Below, piece by piece: positions 59,187-64,000 of a stretch of 64,000 bases of DNA (its first letter is position 1; each line of letters begins with the position of its first letter). Where the stretch lies: contig CAVXWZ010000001.1 of NCBI GenBank assembly GCA_963765575.1, positions 256,001 through 320,000 of the forward strand, given 5' to 3'. The translations under genes were made by a program, and so were the position numbers. The notes beneath the pieces were generated by a model, which saw only the letters and a program-made list of their open reading frames with translations, had not been told where the DNA came from and searched no databases. This stretch comes from an uncultured cyanobacterium (lineage in GTDB: Bacteria > Cyanobacteriota > Cyanobacteriia > PCC-6307 > Cyanobiaceae).

Positions 59187-61560
59187 TCAGACTTCGCTCA
59201 GCACGGGCACGGCCGCGAAGCTGTCCGGCTCGTGGTCGGCAAGCTCCGCCGAAGGCTTGGCCGACCGATCCGCCGACTTCTCAGTGGCGTCGTCTTGGTC
59301 CAGGCCGCCCTGGTCATCCAGCGACTCGACATCGGGCTGCACCACGGCCAGATCGATCTGGTGGCGCAGGGCATCCACCTTCTCGATCTCCACCTCCACG
59401 GAATCACCGAGCTTGTAGGTGCGACGGTTCTTGCGACCCACCAGGCGGTTCTGGCGGGAGCGGTACTCATACCAGTCGTCCTTGAGCGAGCTCACGTGCA
59501 CCAGCCCCTCCACGTTGGAGGGCGGCACTTCCACGAAGAAGCCGTAGCTCTGCACGCCGCTGATCACCCCGGGAAGCACCTGACCAACCAGCGGCTCGGC
59601 CTGGCGCGCCTGGGCCATGGCCAGCAGGTCGCTCTCCAGCTCGCTCTGGAAGCGACGCCTGCCGTTGAGGCGTTGCCCCAGTCCGTGCTCAAGGACCTGG
59701 CGCAGGGCGCCGAGTCTGTCGGCCTCCAGCAGCGGCCAGTCGATGGCGCCATGGCAGGCGGGCGAGGCCAGATCCAGGCTGGTCTTGTGGCGCGGGCTGG
59801 GCCGGTCCTTGCCCTCGCTGAGCAGCAGCACCAGCAGTTGCTGATTCCAGATGTCGGCGTAGTGCAGCGTCGGGCAGGTCCAGGGGGCGAGGGCGGCCAC
59901 CTCGCCCACCTGGCCGGCCACGGCGTGATCGCCGCGCTCGTCGCCCAGCTGCACGGGTGGCAAGACCGCGCACAGCTGCTGCTGCAGGGAGCGGCTGCGG
60001 CTGGAGGCTGCGAAAGCCGTCGCCAGCTCGGCGGCGCCGGCATGGCCCTCCTCGCCCAGTTCCAGGGGGATGTCCAGGGCCAGTGCCGCCTTGGCGACGT
60101 CGTTGAGCTGGCCGCTGTCGGCCACGGGGTTGACCGCGAACAGCGCCGGCAGCTCGAGCGCCGCCAGGTGCTCGCCCAGGGCGCGTTCGGCCAGCAGCAC
60201 CGCCTCGCGCAGGATGGCCGCCGGGTGCTCGGGCGGCAGGGCCTGCAGCCAGCCCTGCTGCGCCGGGCCGGGGGCCGGAACGCTGAGGTCGCCGAGGCTC
60301 TCGATGGGTGGCAGCGCCAGGTCGAGCTCGATCGAGCCAGCCTCCAGGCGCCGGCTGCGCAGCAGCTGGCCCAGGGCCACCAGCTGCTCCAGCTGCTCCA
60401 GCTGGCCTTTGAGAGGCTTGAGCACCGCCGGAATCGTGCGGCTTTTGGGTTTGCGCTCCACCAGGGCGGTGAGGGCGGCCGTACCGACGCTGGCCAATGG
60501 CTTGATCTGGCTGCGGCAGAAGCGATAGCCCTGCAGTCGGCCCTCAGCGTCGAGCTGCAGCGCCACCGACACGGCGGCCTGCTCCTGGCCGGCGGCGAAG
60601 GCGGCGGCTTTGCTCAGGGCCGGGCTGAGCAGGGGCAGCCAGCGGCGCCCCACGCACAGGGCATCGGCCTGCTCCCGCAACCACTGGTCGATGGTGCCGC
60701 CTGGGGCGAAGCGTTCCGCCACCGCCGGACTGTGCAGCCACAGGGTCCAGCCCCCGTCGCGGGCCTCCAGGGCCAGGGCCGGCAGCGCCGGTGCGCCTTC
60801 GCCGCTCCACAGCTCCGGCAGCAGGGCGGGCTGGGCCGTGAGGTCGTCCCGCGCCCCGGCGGCCAGGGTGCGGAGGCTGGAGCGGGGCACGGCCGCACGG
60901 CTGTTGAGACGGTGCTTGGTGAGCAGCAGTTCCAGGTCGGCGGCCTCGCCCCCGTTCACCGGCAAGCTCCGGGCCACATGGCCCTGGGGGCAGAACTGGG
61001 CCACGGGGTAGCGATCGATCAGCACCTCCACCACCGAGTTGTGCTCGGGGTCGAGATGCTCGGCGTCGGCGGCGGGCAACACCACGCTGGTGAGCAGCCG
61101 GTCGTCCAGCGGGGTGGCCAGCAGCTGCTCCTGCTGTTGCTCGATCTGGGCCAGCAGGGAGGGCGTCAGGCGTTCGAGGATGCACTGCACACCCCCCTCC
61201 GGGGAGCGCCTCCGGCCCCCCTCCCGGGTCACCTTGACCAGCACGCGATCGCCGTTCCAGGCGTGGTTGAGCTGGTGCTCGCGGATGTAGATGTCCTCGC
61301 CGCCGTCCTCGCGCAGGGCGAAGCAGAACCCCTTGCTGGAGCAGCGCAGACGGGCGGGGATCAGCTCGGTGCCGGCGCCGAGCTGGAGGCCCGCCTCGCT
61401 CTCCTCAACCAGGCCCAGCTTGCAGCAGCCCGTCCAGGGCGATGCGCAGGTGCTGCTTGTCGGCGTTCTGACTCAGCCCCAGGGCTTTCTCGAGCTTGGC
61501 GAGGGGCAGAGCTTCGTTGGACGGAAGCTGGTCGAGCAGATCGGCGACCGTGAACTTCAT
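59187..61560 (-). CDS. zam: RNase II/R-family RNB + S1 protein (Zam-like); one extra base near 61420
   Basis: MKFTVADLL N-terminus; RCSSKGFCFA and LNHAWNGDRVLVK after frame change; C-terminal S1 GVQSYGFFVE. Confidence 0.85.
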
Positions 61561-61748
61561 GGGGTATCGGGTTGTTTGGCGGTGACCATCACGAACCGCT
61601 TGGGGGAGCATGCGGGGATGGCGAACGGGAACGGTGGGTCCGGGCTCGGAGCGATGCCCACGACCTGCCTGCTCCAATTGGCCTGATTGTATGCAGAGGC
61701 TCGTCGGGCCCGTTCCGCCGCCGGCCAGGCAACCGGCCGTGGCGGTGC

Positions 61749-62132
61749 TCAGGCCTGGCCCGAGTCGGCCTTGCCGGCCTCGGCCTGCTCGGGATCCAGG
61801 CCCGAATCCACTGCCGCATCCCCGGGGGATTCCCCTGCGGCCACCAGGGCGGCATCGGCCGCGGCAGCCCTGCGGATCAGGCGGATGCCCAGCACCAGGA
61901 AGCCAGCGGAGGCCGCCAGCTGGAGGGCATTGGTGGGGATCACCGCCGACAGGGATCCGCCCGCCGCTGCCCCCAGCAGGCTGGCCAGCACCAAGGCCAG
62001 TGAGCTGCCCGCGAACACGGCCACGGGGCGGTTTGAGGTGCCGCTGATGCTCACGATCGCCAACTGGGTCTTGTCGCCCAGTTCCGCCAGGAACACGGTG
62101 ACGAAGGTGGAGGCGAGCAGGCTGAAATCCAT
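61749..62132 (-). CDS. TMEM165/GDT1 family half-transporter
   Basis: VFLAELGDKTQLA, three TMs. Confidence 0.92.
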   Translation of the reverse strand: MDFSLLASTFVTVFLAELGDKTQLAIVSISGTSNRPVAVFAGSSLALVLASLLGAAAGGSLSAVIPTNALQLAASAGFLVLGIRLIRRAAAADAALVAAGESPGDAAVDSGLDPEQAEAGKADSGQA

Positions 62133-62160
62133 CAAGGCTCAGGCGGTGGGTGGGCTCGGC

Positions 62161-62577
62161 TCAGCCCAGGGGCAGATCGATCGTCGGGGCGTTCAGCTGC
62201 ACCACGGCCTGGCGGCCCAGCCAGAGGCTCAGGGCCACCATCAGCAGCCCGGCCAGCCGCTCCAGCTCGTGGGCCGGCAGCAACCGGGCCAGCCAGCGGC
62301 CCAGCAGCACCCCAACAAGACTGGAACTGATCAGGGCCAGCGAAGCGCCGATGAACACCAGCACCGGCCGACCCGACTGGGCGGACAGCAGCAGGGCCGC
62401 CAGCTGGGTCTTGTCCCCCAGTTCGGCCAGAAAGACGGTGGTGAAGGTGGTGAGCATGACGCCCAGAAAGGCCCCTGTTCCCGTTCCCGCCCCTGCTGCG
62501 CCCGCCTCGCTCGGGGCAGCCTGGGGCGCTTGTTCTGGACCGCCGGGCTGCGGGTTGCTGAGCTCCTCGCTGGTCAT
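62161..62577 (-). CDS. TMEM165/GDT1 family half-transporter
   Basis: VFLAELGDKTQLA, three TMs. Confidence 0.92.
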   Translation of the reverse strand: MTSEELSNPQPGGPEQAPQAAPSEAGAAGAGTGTGAFLGVMLTTFTTVFLAELGDKTQLAALLLSAQSGRPVLVFIGASLALISSSLVGVLLGRWLARLLPAHELERLAGLLMVALSLWLGRQAVVQLNAPTIDLPLG

Positions 62578-62930
62578 GGTCGGCGAATCGCCCGCAGGAA
62601 TCGGCGCATCACCCTGCCACGCCCTCCGTACTCGCTGCGGATCTGCTGGGTGCAACAGGCGATCGCCAGGTCGTTGGCGGCCTGGCCTTCAGCACCGAAC
62701 AGCTGCATCAGGTTGCTCACCCGGCAGAAATCAGGCCGCCCGTCGTAGACGCGGCAGCGCCGGCCGCCGGTGTCGTAGTGGCGGCACCAGCCGTCGGCGC
62801 CCACCAGGTCCAGATAGCGCTCGCGCTGCTGGGGATCGAGCGCCTCCAGGGCCTCCTGGCGCAGGGCCGGATCCAGGCGGCAGCAGGCGCCGCAGCCGCT
62901 GATGCAGGTCCAGCTGGGGGCGGCGTTCAC
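62574..62930 (-). CDS. YkgJ family cysteine-cluster protein
   Basis: [28 protein letters not shown]. Confidence 0.9.
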   Translation of the reverse strand: MNAAPSWTCISGCGACCRLDPALRQEALEALDPQQRERYLDLVGADGWCRHYDTGGRRCRVYDGRPDFCRVSNLMQLFGAEGQAANDLAIACCTQQIRSEYGGRGRVMRRFLRAIRRP

Positions 62931-63057
62931 GGGCTGGGGTTCAGGGCGGCGAAGGACGGGCGTGACAAGGGATCACAGAGCGGCGGCAGGGGCCAGCCAG
63001 AGAGCGAAGACCGCCGTATTGTGGCCGCCAGCGATTCGCTCCAGCGCACCGGCACCC

Positions 63058-63165
63058 ATGGGCATCGACATCAACCTGATCGCCAATTTCGCCGCCCTGG
63101 CCCTGATTACCCTGGCCGGGCCTGCTGTGATCTTCATTCTCTTTTACCGGCGCGGGGCTCTCTGA
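63058..63165 (+). CDS. psb30: Photosystem II protein Psb30 (Ycf12)
   Basis: [35 protein letters not shown]. Confidence 0.95.
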   Translation: MGIDINLIANFAALALITLAGPAVIFILFYRRGAL

Positions 63166-64000
63166 GGGCGTGATAGATCGCCTGGGGCTGCAGCCGGCGA
63201 CCGGCGTGGGCCCCCAGGGCTGAGCTGAACACAACCCCCAGCAGCCACTGCTGATCACCGGCCAGCTTCAAGGTGAAGACGGCCGCAATCAGAGGCAACT
63301 GGGTGGCACCTGCCAGTGCCCCTGCCATGCCCAGGGCCATGCCCAGCGTGGTCTCACCCCCCAGCAGGTGCACCAGGCCGCCGCCGAACAGGCCACCCGC
63401 GCTCAAGGAGGGATCGATCAGTCCCCCCGGGATCCCCGCCGCCAGCACCAGGGCCGGAGCCAGCACCCGGTTGATCACCACCAGCAGCCAGGCGCCGATC
63501 GACAGCAGCGACCCCGGCGTCGGCAGCGGGCCCCGGTTCACCAGCAGCTGCTGCATCAGCAGTTCGCCATCGCCGCTGCTCCAGCCAGCGCTGAGCAGGG
63601 CCATCAGCGCCAGGACCGCGCCCATGGCCAGCCCCCACTGCAACGGCCTGCGGCCCAGTCGCGGCCGCAGCCACTGACGCAGGGCCAGCAGGGTGCGGGC
63701 GAACAGGCCGCCGAGCAGGCCCGTGAGCGAGCCCACCAGCAGCGCCCAGAGCAGCTGCTGCCATTCCGGCACCAGCGTGCTCACCAGGCCGAGGGGAAAG
63801 AGGGGGACGCCGCCCAGGTTGCTGACCAGGGCGGCCGCCGCGCATACCAGCAATGACGGCCACATCAGCCTGGGGTGGAAGCGGCGGGTGAGCTCCTCCA
63901 TCACGAACAGGGTGCCCATCAGGGGGCTGTTGAAGCCCCCTGCCAGGCCCGCCCCAGCCCCCATGGCCAGCAACAGCTCCGGTTCGAATCTGGGAGCCAG
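63134..64000 (-). CDS. ClC-family chloride channel/antiporter (5' part outside the window)
   Basis: [32 protein letters not shown], multiple TMs. Confidence 0.88.
   Translation of the reverse strand: MAPRFEPELLLAMGAGAGLAGGFNSPLMGTLFVMEELTRRFHPRLMWPSLLVCAAAALVSNLGGVPLFPLGLVSTLVPEWQQLLWALLVGSLTGLLGGLFARTLLALRQWLRPRLGRRPLQWGLAMGAVLALMALLSAGWSSGDGELLMQQLLVNRGPLPTPGSLLSIGAWLLVVINRVLAPALVLAAGIPGGLIDPSLSAGGLFGGGLVHLLGGETTLGMALGMAGALAGATQLPLIAAVFTLKLAGDQQWLLGVVFSSALGAHAGRRLQPQAIYHALREPRAGKRE

Overview
High-GC picocyanobacterial chromosome segment, Cyanobium/Synechococcus-like (psb30, acsF, ndhV, hli genes, ispG, nrdJ). About 22-64 kb is mostly conserved housekeeping genes (prfC, hslO, rsmE, mnmH, ABC transporter, aspartate aminotransferase, UDG, ispG, ctpA, mfd, DEAD-box helicase, fmt, tldD/pmbA, acsF, ubiX, zam-like RNB protein, GDT1 pair, psb30, ClC). 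About 1-22 kb is more accessory: an RqlH-type RecQ-PRTase helicase, hli cluster, rbp, S8 protease beside tRNA-Ser(TGA), choice-of-anchor I protein, patatin, damaged genes and small ORFs. Best leads: (1) a tandemly duplicated ~267-bp unit pairing a 57-aa membrane peptide with a convergent promoter/hairpin/U-tract micro-transcript (type I TA- or sRNA-like); (2) an NblA-like gene behind a near-canonical NtcA promoter with a second palindrome over its -10; (3) a DEAD-box helicase that appears to need a non-AUG (ATC) start; (4) mnmH next to a putative selenate-type ABC transporter; (5) degenerate repeats of gene 3' ends including the stop codon. Three single-base frameshifts and one garbled segment suggest assembly errors, so pseudogene calls need read-level checks. 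No CRISPR array, rRNA, integrase or transposase was recognised. All family assignments come from motif recognition, not database searches.
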